The notes: generated by a model from the letters alone, not told the origin. 64,000 bases of DNA from a virus (IMGVR_UViG_3300028549_001428); one strand, 5' to 3'; positions 41,920 to 53,097 are shown, counted from the stretch's first letter. Numbers and translations: made by a program.

Positions 41920-44001
41920 ATGGAAATGGATAAAAGAGATTTAGATAATTTAAAGGCTGAGTTGGATAAACTAAGTCGTAATGTGTCATCTATAGGTGAT
42001 TCAGTAAAAAAAGGTATCAAAGAAGGCATCAAAGAAGGTAATGCTGACGAGAAAAAGAAGAAAACCAGCACCGATGATTCCGATATTGCTGAGAAGGCTA
42101 ATAGTCGTCTAATAATGCGTCATAAGGAAGAATATGATGTATCTAAAGAACTACGCAAATCTAAAGAAAAAACACCTGAACAGGAATTTAATGAACGTAC
42201 ATTAAAAACCCAATTCAGTACAAATTCATATTTAGAACAATTATTAAAATTAACCCGTGAGAATCAGGAAACTGCAAAAAAGCAGACTAATTCTTTTGAT
42301 AAGCCTAAACGAAACGAACCTGGATTTCTTGAAAAAACTTCATTGATGAAACATGATGCGGAGAATCCGTATAGTAAATTCATCGGTAATGTAGCAGATT
42401 TAGGATTACAAGGTAAAAAATTATTCAGTGGTGTAAAGGAAAAAATAACAGATAGAAAAGAAGGATCTACTACACGACAAAAGGATATAACAAAATATAC
42501 AGCCGATATAAATAGAGATAAAGCATTATTATCTGCCGAAGAAGCTAAACTAGAAAAATTAAAGAAAGCCAGAGGTAAAAACCGTGATGTAGAAGCCATT
42601 AAGGAAATGGAAGAATCGGTTAATAGTAGAAAGACTGGGATAAAATCAAAGTCTGAAAAATTTGCTGATACCACTGCTGAAGAATATTTATATCAAAAAG
42701 GAAAATCTGATAAGAATTTTCAGTTTAAAGGAACTGAAAAAGATCTTATGAAAGATCAACTAAGTGGAAATATTCTACATAGTACGATTAAAGATATTTT
42801 CCCAGATAAAAAGACAACTAAGGAAAAGACATCTACTCAAGCAGTTAGTGAAGATACATTATTAAATAAATTGGATAGATTATTATCTAATCATATACAA
42901 AAAACACCATCTAAAAAAGATAACGGTGAATCTGTCATTGCACCATTCAAACAAAAAAACGGTATAACTGATACTATATCACCAAAAAATAAAGGTAGTA
43001 AAGATATAGAAGGTAAATCCACTAAAGCAAGTGGTTCTGTATTTGATATACCAATAAGAGAGGCATCCAATCCATCTACATCTGGTGAATATATAGTAGG
43101 TATTTACAGAGAACTAAGAAAGAAAAATGATACACCTCCACCAATGCCTATGGCTCCACCAAGCGAAGGTGGTGGTATGGGTATGATGGGTATATTATCT
43201 AAATTAGGTCCAATGTTAGCGTCACTTGGTCCTATGTTAGCAGGTGCTGCTAGTGCAATAGGAGCTGTAGCAGCTCCATTGGCTATTGCTTTAGGTGGTG
43301 CATATGCAATAAAGAAAACCTCTGATATGATGGATGAGTCAAATCAAGGAACTACAATAAGTGATGTAGTAGTTGGTGGTGGTAAAGGTTTTAAAGCCTT
43401 CTTAAAGGGCGAATCATTTTCAGACGCATTCACTGGACATCAAACAGAACGAGCATCTAAGAATTTCCAACGAGATGCTGATAAAGACACTATCAAGATG
43501 TTTGGTGATAAATTTGATAAGGAAATAAAACCAAAATTCAATCCTAATTACGTAACCCCAGATCAGTTAGAGAATTTAAAGCAACTTTACATAGATAAAG
43601 GAATGCATAAAATAACAGCCAATGTATATGACCGTGAGCGAAATGCATTAATGCAACAATCTAAAGATAATGAACAAGAATCAGCTACATTAAAAGATGA
43701 TTTTAGTACTATTACATCGACAAAACCAAAATCAACAAACCAAGCACAGTCAAATAACATTGATGCAGGTAGTGTGCAACGAAGTACATCATCAAAAGAA
43801 GTAGTTGAGACAAAATCTAATGCACAAGTAATGGGTCAATATTCTGGAATGGATCAAATGAGTGCAATGACAATACAAGCAAAATTAATAGCAATGGAAA
43901 TGATGGCAATGAATAACAGCAGTGATTATATAAATAAACAAAAAGACATAATGAAAACCGCTGGTGTTTCTATGGCTGAAAAACTATATGGAGGAGGTTA
44001 A
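41920..44001 (+). CDS. tape-measure / baseplate hub (gp29-like) protein
   Basis: Coiled-coil with Ala/Gly hydrophobic stretch; after chaperone, before baseplate genes; late promoter 41893-41901. Confidence 0.6.
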   Translation: MEMDKRDLDNLKAELDKLSRNVSSIGDSVKKGIKEGIKEGNADEKKKKTSTDDSDIAEKANSRLIMRHKEEYDVSKELRKSKEKTPEQEFNERTLKTQFSTNSYLEQLLKLTRENQETAKKQTNSFDKPKRNEPGFLEKTSLMKHDAENPYSKFIGNVADLGLQGKKLFSGVKEKITDRKEGSTTRQKDITKYTADINRDKALLSAEEAKLEKLKKARGKNRDVEAIKEMEESVNSRKTGIKSKSEKFADTTAEEYLYQKGKSDKNFQFKGTEKDLMKDQLSGNILHSTIKDIFPDKKTTKEKTSTQAVSEDTLLNKLDRLLSNHIQKTPSKKDNGESVIAPFKQKNGITDTISPKNKGSKDIEGKSTKASGSVFDIPIREASNPSTSGEYIVGIYRELRKKNDTPPPMPMAPPSEGGGMGMMGILSKLGPMLASLGPMLAGAASAIGAVAAPLAIALGGAYAIKKTSDMMDESNQGTTISDVVVGGGKGFKAFLKGESFSDAFTGHQTERASKNFQRDADKDTIKMFGDKFDKEIKPKFNPNYVTPDQLENLKQLYIDKGMHKITANVYDRERNALMQQSKDNEQESATLKDDFSTITSTKPKSTNQAQSNNIDAGSVQRSTSSKEVVETKSNAQVMGQYSGMDQMSAMTIQAKLIAMEMMAMNNSSDYINKQKDIMKTAGVSMAEKLYGGG

Positions 44002-44003
44002 TC

Positions 44004-45113
44004 ATGGCTGATACTAAACGATTTACAGATGATAATAACAGTGACAAAAAAGCACGTCTTGGTGCAGATGGTAGATTAAGTTCATTATTGCCTCGTCCTA
44101 ATATTGTTAGAATTGAAGTTCTTGATGGGAATTCCCGTGATCGATTTTTAAAATCACAGACATCCACTGGCGATGGTACTAATATATATAGCATAACAAA
44201 TGAGATGCGTAAAACCACAATAGGTGCTATATATACTGGAAATCGAGCTAAAGAGAAAGTATTTTATGGATTTTTAGATCCAAAAACTGATAGCACATTT
44301 AATTTAACATCAAAGTGGGAAGACCAATCGATGGGTGGTGACATAGGAGGTGCAATAAAAAAAGTTGTTGGTAATATTAGCAGTAAATTAAATACAGCGA
44401 TTGATATAGGATCTTCATTCAATGATATAGCTAATCAAACTATGGGGCTTAATAATACGGCAACTGGTGCTAGTACTATGCAAGAGTTTAAGGGAATTGC
44501 AACAAATGATTTTAAGGTATCATGTGTATGGTATCTACCTGAACAAGAAAAATTAGCAAATTTTTCGTTAAAAGTGCTATATAGAATGTTATACCCAACG
44601 CAAATAGATCAAGATAAAGTGGGTGATATGGTCGGTGCCGCTGTTTCTAATTTTATAGATAAATCAGCACCCACCATAAAAAAGGTTGAGGATACAGTAA
44701 TTAGTGGTATCCCTGGATTATCTAAAATAATGGGGAATGATAAACCACCAGAAAATGCAGAAGGAAATAGTCCGTCTAGTAAAGTTGGTGCTATTACAGG
44801 TGGTATTGCCGGTGGTATTAGCAATGTAACAACAACTATAAATAATTTTTTAGGAAAAAATACAACAATTAATCCATTGCCTGTTCGTGTATGTATTGGT
44901 CATCATATTGATTTAGAACCATTGGTTATAAAAGGAGTTGATACAAAATTCTCAAAAGAAACATTCATATCAGAAATAAATGGAAGGCATTTACCATTAT
45001 TTGCATATACTACAATTAACTTTGGATTCTGGTTAACACCTACACCTAATATGGAATTTGTCAGTTTATTAGGTAATGAAATATTTGGTGATGAAATGGC
45101 TACGTTCAAATAA
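44004..45113 (+). CDS. baseplate tail-tube cap/initiator (gp48-like)
   Basis: Position; W.D..G, F.V....LP, LVIKGVDTKFS...G..LP pattern. Confidence 0.55.
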   Translation: MADTKRFTDDNNSDKKARLGADGRLSSLLPRPNIVRIEVLDGNSRDRFLKSQTSTGDGTNIYSITNEMRKTTIGAIYTGNRAKEKVFYGFLDPKTDSTFNLTSKWEDQSMGGDIGGAIKKVVGNISSKLNTAIDIGSSFNDIANQTMGLNNTATGASTMQEFKGIATNDFKVSCVWYLPEQEKLANFSLKVLYRMLYPTQIDQDKVGDMVGAAVSNFIDKSAPTIKKVEDTVISGIPGLSKIMGNDKPPENAEGNSPSSKVGAITGGIAGGISNVTTTINNFLGKNTTINPLPVRVCIGHHIDLEPLVIKGVDTKFSKETFISEINGRHLPLFAYTTINFGFWLTPTPNMEFVSLLGNEIFGDEMATFK

Positions 45114-45122
45114 GGATTTAAT

Positions 45123-45545
45123 ATGGAATACCCAAGAATAAAACCATTTAATTTTAATATAATGACTACTTATACAATCCCTGCATATCATGTAGGGAGA
45201 CTTGATTTAATATCTATATTATTTTATAATGATGTTAGATATTACAAGGTTATAGCAAGTGCAAATAATATAAATTTATCATATGGAGTCCGTACAGGCA
45301 TACGACCTGATTCAGTTGCTATTCGTAATGAATTAGTAATGAAAGGATATACAGGATCTGATTTGGAGATGGAATATAATAGATTGCTGGACAATGGACG
45401 ATTGACCAATTTTGATTGGATGGCATATGACAATAACTCATATGGATATGTAAGCGATGTGTCTGAAGGTAAATTTTTATTGATTCCTGATAATGCAAGT
45501 GCTGATTTATATCTACAGAGATATGAATATTTAGGTAATACATAA
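45123..45545 (+). CDS. baseplate wedge LysM-like protein (gp53-like)
   Basis: RLDLISILFYND..Y.VIASANNI, LLIP. Confidence 0.75.
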   Translation: MEYPRIKPFNFNIMTTYTIPAYHVGRLDLISILFYNDVRYYKVIASANNINLSYGVRTGIRPDSVAIRNELVMKGYTGSDLEMEYNRLLDNGRLTNFDWMAYDNNSYGYVSDVSEGKFLLIPDNASADLYLQRYEYLGNT

Positions 45546-46849
45546 TGGCAAATAAATCATCAAGTAGACAAATAAGTGTTTCAGTGGAATTACTTGGAAC
45601 TATATTTGAAATGGGTAATATATTATCCTTTACATTCAATAATTCTATAAATAAAAAACCAAGCGGTGAATTTATTATAAATGATACTGACGGAACTACT
45701 CTATATGAAATGAGTGGTAATTATGGTAGTATTATGTTTTCTAACATAGGTGATGGACTTGATGATAAGAATTCATCAATTTCATTTATAGTGGATTCTA
45801 TGTTAAAAGTTTCTCAAGTAAATCAAACAACTACATATAAAGTAATATGGTCTGCTGGTTCTCCTGAATTGTTGATGAAAGAATCATGGGCAGTTAGAGG
45901 TAATAGTGTTGATGCGATGATTGCAATCGGAAAAAAATACAAAACCAAAACAACTGAGTTAATGACAGCCTCTAAATTTCCATTACCTAGTGATACTATG
46001 GTGTGGAGATACATAACAGATAATGCATGGGAATCATATGATAGAACAATAACTAAATCATATTCTAACGACGATTATATGTTTTGGGTATTTGATGATT
46101 TAAATAACAATATAAAAATATCATCATTTAAATTTGAAAAGGCTAAACAAGATTCAAGTTTAATGATATTTTCGGAAAATGCAAAAACATCGGTAGATCA
46201 TGTAAAAACTATATTAGATAAACCAAGACTTACCGTATGGGCATATGGAAATAATACACGATACAATAATTTAGGTGATAATAAGGATAAACTATTTCCG
46301 AATGTTGCTTTTAGTGGTGCCAATAATGGTGAACTTAATAATGCTGGATGTGTTGGTCCTTGTTTTGATAGTGTATTGCAGAGCAATGGAGATACATCAA
46401 AAAGCACTATATTAGAACAGACAGGTATGAAAGACAAAAATGCTGTATATGGAGATCTTCGTATTATAAGAAATTATCCAAATAATACTCATAAAATGTA
46501 TTCATTAGCGCATACAGTAAGAGAGTATTATATATCAAATTACGCTAAAAATGTGCATATGTATTTATATAATACGGTTGGTCCAGAGATAGGCTCTAAA
46601 GTGTCCGTTGTTATGTATTCAAATGATAGAAAGGTTCGTGGTAACTTAATTGATACCCAATATACTGATGAATATATAATAACCGATAAAACTATTTCAT
46701 TTTCGCATTTAACTCCTACAGTAACGGGATCAATTGTTACAAAAAATACAACAGAAATTTCGGTGTTACTAAAAATGAAATCAAATCATTTAAAAGATGA
46801 AGGATTTGAGACAGTTAAAAAATTATTCGATTCGATACAGGGTGCCTAA
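45545..46849 (+). CDS. baseplate hub protein (gp27-like)
   Basis: Position between gp53 and gp5; G.FIIND, GSKVSV, DEYIIT pattern. Confidence 0.6.
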   Translation: MANKSSSRQISVSVELLGTIFEMGNILSFTFNNSINKKPSGEFIINDTDGTTLYEMSGNYGSIMFSNIGDGLDDKNSSISFIVDSMLKVSQVNQTTTYKVIWSAGSPELLMKESWAVRGNSVDAMIAIGKKYKTKTTELMTASKFPLPSDTMVWRYITDNAWESYDRTITKSYSNDDYMFWVFDDLNNNIKISSFKFEKAKQDSSLMIFSENAKTSVDHVKTILDKPRLTVWAYGNNTRYNNLGDNKDKLFPNVAFSGANNGELNNAGCVGPCFDSVLQSNGDTSKSTILEQTGMKDKNAVYGDLRIIRNYPNNTHKMYSLAHTVREYYISNYAKNVHMYLYNTVGPEIGSKVSVVMYSNDRKVRGNLIDTQYTDEYIITDKTISFSHLTPTVTGSIVTKNTTEISVLLKMKSNHLKDEGFETVKKLFDSIQGA

Positions 46850-48078
46850 TGACTTTACTTAAAGATCCATATTATGAAGCTATTGTAGTGACCGATGAAA
46901 TTGACCCTAACCATTCAGGTGCTGTTAGAGTTTCTATCGTTGGTGTTACTGATAAATGGGAAAATCAATATCAACCATTCGTAGTACCTGCTATTAACGG
47001 TATGCAAGCAGTTCCAACTAAGGGAACCTTATTATATGTTGCTTTCGATGAAGGCGATATAAATATGGGTAGATATTTCTTCGTTGCACAGGATAAAAAT
47101 TATCTACCTGCTGAATATATTTCAGAATATCCAAATGTGGCAGTGACTAATTTGGGTGCTGATACATTCATATTAACTCATAATAGAAAGACGAATATTA
47201 GCGTAGTATCACATCCAAGTGATAGTAGTGTTACATGGGATGCATTTGGTGCTATAACACATGATAGTGATAAGGGATATACAAATGCAGGTCAGGATGC
47301 CTTGAACAATCAAGGATCAAAATCATTGTCTGTATTAACTGAGGGTACTGTTGATCCATTCACGTGTACTGTATTTGGTAATAATGTAGCCAATGGTGGT
47401 GCGCATCAAGGTTCTGAATATTTCTTTGTTACCCACATATCTAAAGGAACTGTTGATGCAATCAATGGAAAAATTGTTGCTGATTCTAGTGATGATAGCG
47501 TACCAGCGGTTGAAAGCGGTGCAAGTGAATTAGTTAATAATGATATATTTGACGCTGAAGGTAATGAAGTTGGCTCTGTTGAATACTATCCAAGTGAATC
47601 ATACATTGATAGAAGTGATAAGCAAATATCACATATCATAATTGCAAATAGTGGCAATAACAATTTCGTTGATACAGCATCTAAAGTATCTGAAAAAACT
47701 AGTACGTATGGATGTCATTATCTAATTGGTAGATCTGATGCTATTCCTCCAACAGACTCCGAGCGTTCTGGTGATTCATCGGCTAATGCTGCTGGGTTTA
47801 TGCAATTCGTAGAACTTACAAATGATGTATACTTTGCCAATAATGCTAAGATATTACCATCATCAGAAGCAGCAAATAAAAATGCGGTGGTTATTATGTT
47901 AGTTGGTGATGGAACATCATACACACCTTATCAATATACCATGTTAAATAAACTAATTGTGCATATTAGATATGAAGCAAAAACAACAGACGTTCCTGTA
48001 TATGTAACTGATAATTTGGTTGCTATGCCTAAATATGATACAATAGGTGCGTTAGATCCAAGTAAATTAAATAAATAA
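46849..48078 (+). CDS. baseplate central spike (gp5/VgrG OB-fold) with C-terminal amidase_2/PGRP-like domain
   Basis: DPNHSGAVRV, VPTKGTLLYVAFDEGD; GCHYLIGR, QFVE, N..AVVIMLVG, TPYQY. Confidence 0.75.
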   Translation: MTLLKDPYYEAIVVTDEIDPNHSGAVRVSIVGVTDKWENQYQPFVVPAINGMQAVPTKGTLLYVAFDEGDINMGRYFFVAQDKNYLPAEYISEYPNVAVTNLGADTFILTHNRKTNISVVSHPSDSSVTWDAFGAITHDSDKGYTNAGQDALNNQGSKSLSVLTEGTVDPFTCTVFGNNVANGGAHQGSEYFFVTHISKGTVDAINGKIVADSSDDSVPAVESGASELVNNDIFDAEGNEVGSVEYYPSESYIDRSDKQISHIIIANSGNNNFVDTASKVSEKTSTYGCHYLIGRSDAIPPTDSERSGDSSANAAGFMQFVELTNDVYFANNAKILPSSEAANKNAVVIMLVGDGTSYTPYQYTMLNKLIVHIRYEAKTTDVPVYVTDNLVAMPKYDTIGALDPSKLNK

Positions 48079-48090
48079 TGGAATTATAAA

Positions 48091-49962
48091 ATGGCTAAAT
48101 GTATAAATAATATAATCGATACTAACGTTGCTAGTGGTGGCACATTAAATGCATCCAGTACAACGTCTACTTATGCATATCCATCAGGAACTGGCACTTA
48201 TATTGACTCACCAATGAAAGGAAATGGTGATGTTAGATTTTCTAATAGTTATGCTGATGCCGTTAGTAATTCTATAACACAATATGCAAATACCATAAAT
48301 GGATTAACATTAAAATTAAACAGCACTAATTGTACAGAAGAAGTGATGGAATTCTTTAAAAAGCAATTTCCTGTCGCTACTACTATGTTAAAACAAGGAT
48401 ATGATTGGACATCGAATAATTTAAATGTTCAAAGTGGTATTAATAAGTTAGGTAATTCATTAAAGGGTGGCAATTTAGAAAAGTTAGCTGACCAATTCTG
48501 TGATACTGTAACTAATATGTTCAGAACATTAATATTTTATTTAGATGTTGCAACTAAAGCGGCATTTGTAATATTCAAAAAAATTGACGCATTGCGTAAA
48601 AAGATAGAAAAGGCATTATTAGAATTTACGGCAGCTGTTCGTGATTGCTTGGTTAGTGTAATAATTGATGCAAAAAATGCAATTAATAAAATTGTACGAA
48701 ATGTATTAGATTTTGATGTTGTATTAGATTTGATGAACCACTGTCCATGTATCACCAAAATAATTGCTAGTATGTTCAATTGTAAAACTGATGAGAATGG
48801 TAATAAATTAACTACAGCATCAGAAGTATTGAATTGTGTAATAAATAAATTCAGTTTAGGTCCAAGCAAAATAATAAATGCTGTTAATAATTTTATTGAC
48901 AATACAATATTAGATACCCTAAATAAAGGATTCAATTTATTGGATGAGTTTATTAAAAATACAATGGAATTATTAATGACTCCATTTAGAGAATTGATCC
49001 GTATGTACTCTAAATTTTTAACTCAAAAAATAAATATGACTATTATTATTCGTACATTAGAACCTGCTGATTGTTTACTTATATATACAAAAGAGCATGA
49101 CGCTAGTGGTAGTAGTTACTTAGGCATGAGCATTATAGACATGATTAACACATTAAAATCATGGGCTAACTGTTTTGAATTCGCATGTTCATCCTTTGTA
49201 GATGATGTATCCAATAAAGTAAAGGAATTGAATGAAAATTTACGACTAGATGATAGATACTGGCGTGATGTAATGTCAATTGATTTATATCAATCAGCTA
49301 TCGGTGCAAAGGTGCAATCTAATCAACCTAGACCTGCAATGATTCGTGAAATATTTACAAAAAATCAAGGAAAAGGTAAGGATGTATTTATTGGTATAAT
49401 AGATGCATTTAAACAAGTTGGATCTATAACAGTTGATGTCGGTTGGAAAAATAAAGAATTAGGTAATGCGGCACAAGCAATTAAATTCAAGGATGGTCCT
49501 GATAATGAAGGTGAAGCAGCACAATCAAATAACAACGTAAATGCGGAACCATTTAATACATCAATTGAATCCTATATAATGAGCATGGAATCAAATTTAT
49601 GCAATGATAGTGACCCTTATTTTGTTGAACGCTTTTATGAATTATTAGCTTGGTTAGCTGCATATAAAAAATCAGGCGCACATATAAAACAAATTGATAC
49701 ATTACTAAATGAACAGCAAGCACAAGACTCTTCGTTTTTAAGTAATCCAATATCAACGTCATATGAAGCAAAAGGTGATCGTGTATATTTCAAAGGTGAT
49801 GTGGAAGCTGAAATACCAAACATCACACCATCTTATGAAGTTACTGACGATTATGATGCAACTATTATAAACAAAATACAGAGTTATGATACGCCAACAC
49901 GAAAAGATAATGAAACTTTACGTGCATATTATAGTAGATGGTTTAATGGAGCTATTGCATAA
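48091..49962 (+). CDS. hypothetical Cys-containing helical protein in baseplate operon
   Basis: 623-aa ORF. Confidence 0.7.
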   Translation: MAKCINNIIDTNVASGGTLNASSTTSTYAYPSGTGTYIDSPMKGNGDVRFSNSYADAVSNSITQYANTINGLTLKLNSTNCTEEVMEFFKKQFPVATTMLKQGYDWTSNNLNVQSGINKLGNSLKGGNLEKLADQFCDTVTNMFRTLIFYLDVATKAAFVIFKKIDALRKKIEKALLEFTAAVRDCLVSVIIDAKNAINKIVRNVLDFDVVLDLMNHCPCITKIIASMFNCKTDENGNKLTTASEVLNCVINKFSLGPSKIINAVNNFIDNTILDTLNKGFNLLDEFIKNTMELLMTPFRELIRMYSKFLTQKINMTIIIRTLEPADCLLIYTKEHDASGSSYLGMSIIDMINTLKSWANCFEFACSSFVDDVSNKVKELNENLRLDDRYWRDVMSIDLYQSAIGAKVQSNQPRPAMIREIFTKNQGKGKDVFIGIIDAFKQVGSITVDVGWKNKELGNAAQAIKFKDGPDNEGEAAQSNNNVNAEPFNTSIESYIMSMESNLCNDSDPYFVERFYELLAWLAAYKKSGAHIKQIDTLLNEQQAQDSSFLSNPISTSYEAKGDRVYFKGDVEAEIPNITPSYEVTDDYDATIINKIQSYDTPTRKDNETLRAYYSRWFNGAIA

Positions 49963-49967
49963 TCATT

Positions 49968-50468
49968 ATGAATTACAAGAAAGACACTAATAAAGGATAT
50001 TACCCAATAATAAATAAACAAAAGTATTATCCAACTGGTAAAGTTCCCATATTTAAATCATCATGGGAATTACAAGTATTTCGTGCATTGGATGTCAATC
50101 CTAATGTATTGTTTTGGGGATATGAACCACTTGAAATTTATTATTTCAGTCCTAAGTATTTAAAGTATACTGTATATTACCCTGATATATTATGTCATAT
50201 TCGTATGGATAGTGGTGTTGAACAAAAAATATTAATCGAAATAAAACCGACTAAATACACTATAATGCCAAAAAAACCAAATCCACCCAAGGATAACATA
50301 CCTGCTAAATGGGATCGATATAGAAAATCATTGGTTAATTATGAGTATAATATGAAAGACTATATGGTTAATATGGCTAAATGGGAAGCAGCTCAACGTT
50401 GGTGTCAGAAAAATGGCGTGATGTGGAGAATATTAAATGAAAATAACACCAATAGTATGTTTAAATAA
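49968..50468 (+). CDS. head completion nuclease (T4 gp4 / TnsA-like PD-(D/E)XK)
   Basis: SSWE, WGYE, YYPD, IEIKP, NMAKWEAA. Confidence 0.88.
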   Translation: MNYKKDTNKGYYPIINKQKYYPTGKVPIFKSSWELQVFRALDVNPNVLFWGYEPLEIYYFSPKYLKYTVYYPDILCHIRMDSGVEQKILIEIKPTKYTIMPKKPNPPKDNIPAKWDRYRKSLVNYEYNMKDYMVNMAKWEAAQRWCQKNGVMWRILNENNTNSMFK

Positions 50469-50504
50469 TATAATTTATATATATTAAACATCATTGGATT
50501 ATAA

Positions 50505-50936
50505 ATGGCATGTTGCGGTCAAAAATCACAGTTGGATACTATATATCTTCCATTAAATAAACGCCTGGTTGAATTCGGAAAAGAAGTTTCAGGTGAGCCA
50601 TTAATGAATGCTTACCCAAGTACATTCTTATGGGTGTTTACTTTCTATCGTGAAGAAGATATGTGTGAAGAATGCCATGATAATTTAGGCGCAATCAATA
50701 AATGGTTTGCAAAATATGGTATGTATACCGATCCAATGAGAAATCTTAAATGGATAATCGAAGAAGAACCAGATAAGAATTTAATATACAAAGAGCTAGG
50801 ATTGACTAAATCACCTACACACTTATTTTGTGATGGTGATGGTAAAATAGTTGATATCATAAGCGGAATTCCATCTACAGAGTGGTTGGAAAAACATCTA
50901 CTACCACTATTTAAACAGGATATGAAACTACTATGA
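50505..50936 (+). CDS. thioredoxin-fold protein
   Basis: FY...CEEC, PTHLFCD.DGKIV...G. Confidence 0.7.
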   Translation: MACCGQKSQLDTIYLPLNKRLVEFGKEVSGEPLMNAYPSTFLWVFTFYREEDMCEECHDNLGAINKWFAKYGMYTDPMRNLKWIIEEEPDKNLIYKELGLTKSPTHLFCDGDGKIVDIISGIPSTEWLEKHLLPLFKQDMKLL

Positions 50937-51967
50937 GTAAAAAATCAGCAATTGTTATTGGATATACAATAGATTCCGCAATATTAGCCAGAGAATTAGC
51001 TCAAAAACATAACAAACAAGTTACCTATCTACAGACAGGTAAATTGGGATATCCATTGGATGACCTAAATGATTATATATCATATGAAGATGTTATATTA
51101 TTAAATACTCTTGGTGTTGATACGGAATATAGAAAGCTAATTAATGGTACATATGTATTCATGCCATTTGATTCCTTAAAATTTGTAAATGCTCGTAATG
51201 GTCTTATTAGCTATCCGTTAAATAAATCAAGTTTTGATTCGGCAGAAGAATGGGAGCAATTAGAATTTTGCTTACATAAACTAAATGAATTTAGAGATGC
51301 ACTTGAAGGCTCAACTAATTTTATAAATATATACAAGAACTTCTTCCCTAAATGGCTATATGACAGCTTATTAAAATACATCGGTGTAAATAAGTGGGGA
51401 AAGATAAGACAGTCTCAATTTAGTAGAGAAGCATTATCAAAAGAAATAAATTTATCATATCTAGATTCATCAAATACGGGTGTGGTATACAAACCGACAT
51501 GTGGCTATGAAAATATATGCACACAACTCCTGACACATGAAAATATAAAAACAAGCAAAATAAATATATCCGAAATCCATAAAATGTTGATAACTAGATA
51601 TCAAAATACTGATATAATTTTATGTGATAATAGAGTAGACTATATATGCAAATACACCTATGGTAATTTCGATAGAGTTCAATTTAGATCAGAAACAACA
51701 ATAGAACAGAATGTAGAAGAATTCATAGACATTTCAGAAGGCATCGTATTTACCCCAATGAAAGATCATTGGGCAATTGCGTCAGATCGTGGTAATGTAA
51801 CAAAACTATATAGTACAAATGTGAATACTCTAAATTACACTAACCAATCTGATATACCGATGACTACAAACAATAAAAAAATATACTTTGAGTACAAGAA
51901 AATGCTAAATCTATATTCAGGGAAGATACTTGACTTGGATAGCAGAATAGTTACCACAATCAAATAA
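50933..51967 (+). CDS. UDP-galactopyranose mutase-like protein (degenerate FAD-binding motif)
   Basis: AIVIGYTIDSAILARELA (vs IVGAGLSG), YPLN, KWG, P..GYE.I..LL.H.NI. Confidence 0.6.
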   Translation: MSKKSAIVIGYTIDSAILARELAQKHNKQVTYLQTGKLGYPLDDLNDYISYEDVILLNTLGVDTEYRKLINGTYVFMPFDSLKFVNARNGLISYPLNKSSFDSAEEWEQLEFCLHKLNEFRDALEGSTNFINIYKNFFPKWLYDSLLKYIGVNKWGKIRQSQFSREALSKEINLSYLDSSNTGVVYKPTCGYENICTQLLTHENIKTSKINISEIHKMLITRYQNTDIILCDNRVDYICKYTYGNFDRVQFRSETTIEQNVEEFIDISEGIVFTPMKDHWAIASDRGNVTKLYSTNVNTLNYTNQSDIPMTTNNKKIYFEYKKMLNLYSGKILDLDSRIVTTIK

Positions 51968-51979
51968 TAAAAAAAGTCA

Positions 51980-52008
51980 TTGACAACTTATAGTAAAATG
52001 TCTATATT
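51980..52008 (+). promoter_or_regulatory. sigma70-like promoter
   Basis: TTGACA-17 nt-TATATT. Confidence 0.75.
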
Positions 52009-52036
52009 ACTCATATGACATAACAAAGGAGTCCAT

Positions 52037-52183
52037 ATGAACGCCTCAGAACGAATCAACGAGTCTCAAAAAGCACAAACCCAGTTCCTTTCAGAAAAGG
52101 AATTGAAAGATTTTGAAGTGTGGAAAGATCGAAAGGTTTATACTGGTAGTAAGCCATATGACACTAATGGTAGACATCCTTGA
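52037..52183 (+). CDS. small protein (48 aa), not in ORF track
   Basis: AAGGAG SD, MNASERINESQKAQ...GRHP; stop overlaps TTG start of next gene. Confidence 0.7.
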   Translation: MNASERINESQKAQTQFLSEKELKDFEVWKDRKVYTGSKPYDTNGRHP

Positions 52184-53094
52184 AAATAGCTGTAATAGTT
52201 CCTGTATATAAGCAAAGTATAAATTGGTCTAAGATTGTTTCTGGGCTAAGAAAGCAGTCTATACACCCTGATTGTGTTTATCTAATGTTGGATAGACCCC
52301 AAGCTGATATTGCGCCTACAGATGCCTTAAATAGCCAAATAGATCCTAATTGGAATTGTATCGAAAGCATAACAAAGATAAATGCCACGGTCACTGAATT
52401 TGATATAAAAATGACTGTAATTGAGAGCATACCAGACTCAATAAAACGAGTAAATAATACTGAAAATATATTTAGAGCAGGTAGTATCCGAAATATGGGT
52501 TTGGATATTGCAGTGAATGATGGGTGTGATATATTCATATTTATTGATGGTGATTGCATACCACAAACCGACTTGGTAAAATCCCATGTAGACGTATGTA
52601 ATACACAACTTCCTGTATTATCCATAGGTAGAAGGCGTGAATCCAAATATCGTTGGTTAGATCAACGAGAAGTGGAATCCAGTATGGTGCATTTAGAATT
52701 ATTCACACGAAAGTCAACTGTGTTAAATAATCCAGAACTTCTAAAAAAATGTTTAATTGTATGGTCATGCAATATGGCTATCAATAAGAACGCAGTCAAA
52801 ATAATAGAAAGATTCAATAAAACATACTATAACAAAGATGAATTGTTTAATAGCGTATTTGATGGTAAATGGGGTGGAGAAGATAGTTTTCTAGGAATAA
52901 CAGCTTGGTATTGTCGAATCTTTATAACAACCATAGGAAATATGAAGTCAGGGGTTGAACATATCGATCATTTACGACCAGAATCAATATATAACCTGAA
53001 TCATAAGCAATTTTTTGAGTCCCAGTGTGAAATTTTGAGGAAAAAAACCACAATTACCCCAATTTCACTTGATATGTTGGATTATTCAAAATAA
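52180..53094 (+). CDS. glycosyltransferase family 2
   Basis: IAVIVPVY, FRAG.IRN.G, FIDGDC (DxD), WSCN, WGGED. Confidence 0.88.
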   Translation: MKIAVIVPVYKQSINWSKIVSGLRKQSIHPDCVYLMLDRPQADIAPTDALNSQIDPNWNCIESITKINATVTEFDIKMTVIESIPDSIKRVNNTENIFRAGSIRNMGLDIAVNDGCDIFIFIDGDCIPQTDLVKSHVDVCNTQLPVLSIGRRRESKYRWLDQREVESSMVHLELFTRKSTVLNNPELLKKCLIVWSCNMAINKNAVKIIERFNKTYYNKDELFNSVFDGKWGGEDSFLGITAWYCRIFITTIGNMKSGVEHIDHLRPESIYNLNHKQFFESQCEILRKKTTITPISLDMLDYSK

Positions 53095-53097
53095 CCA

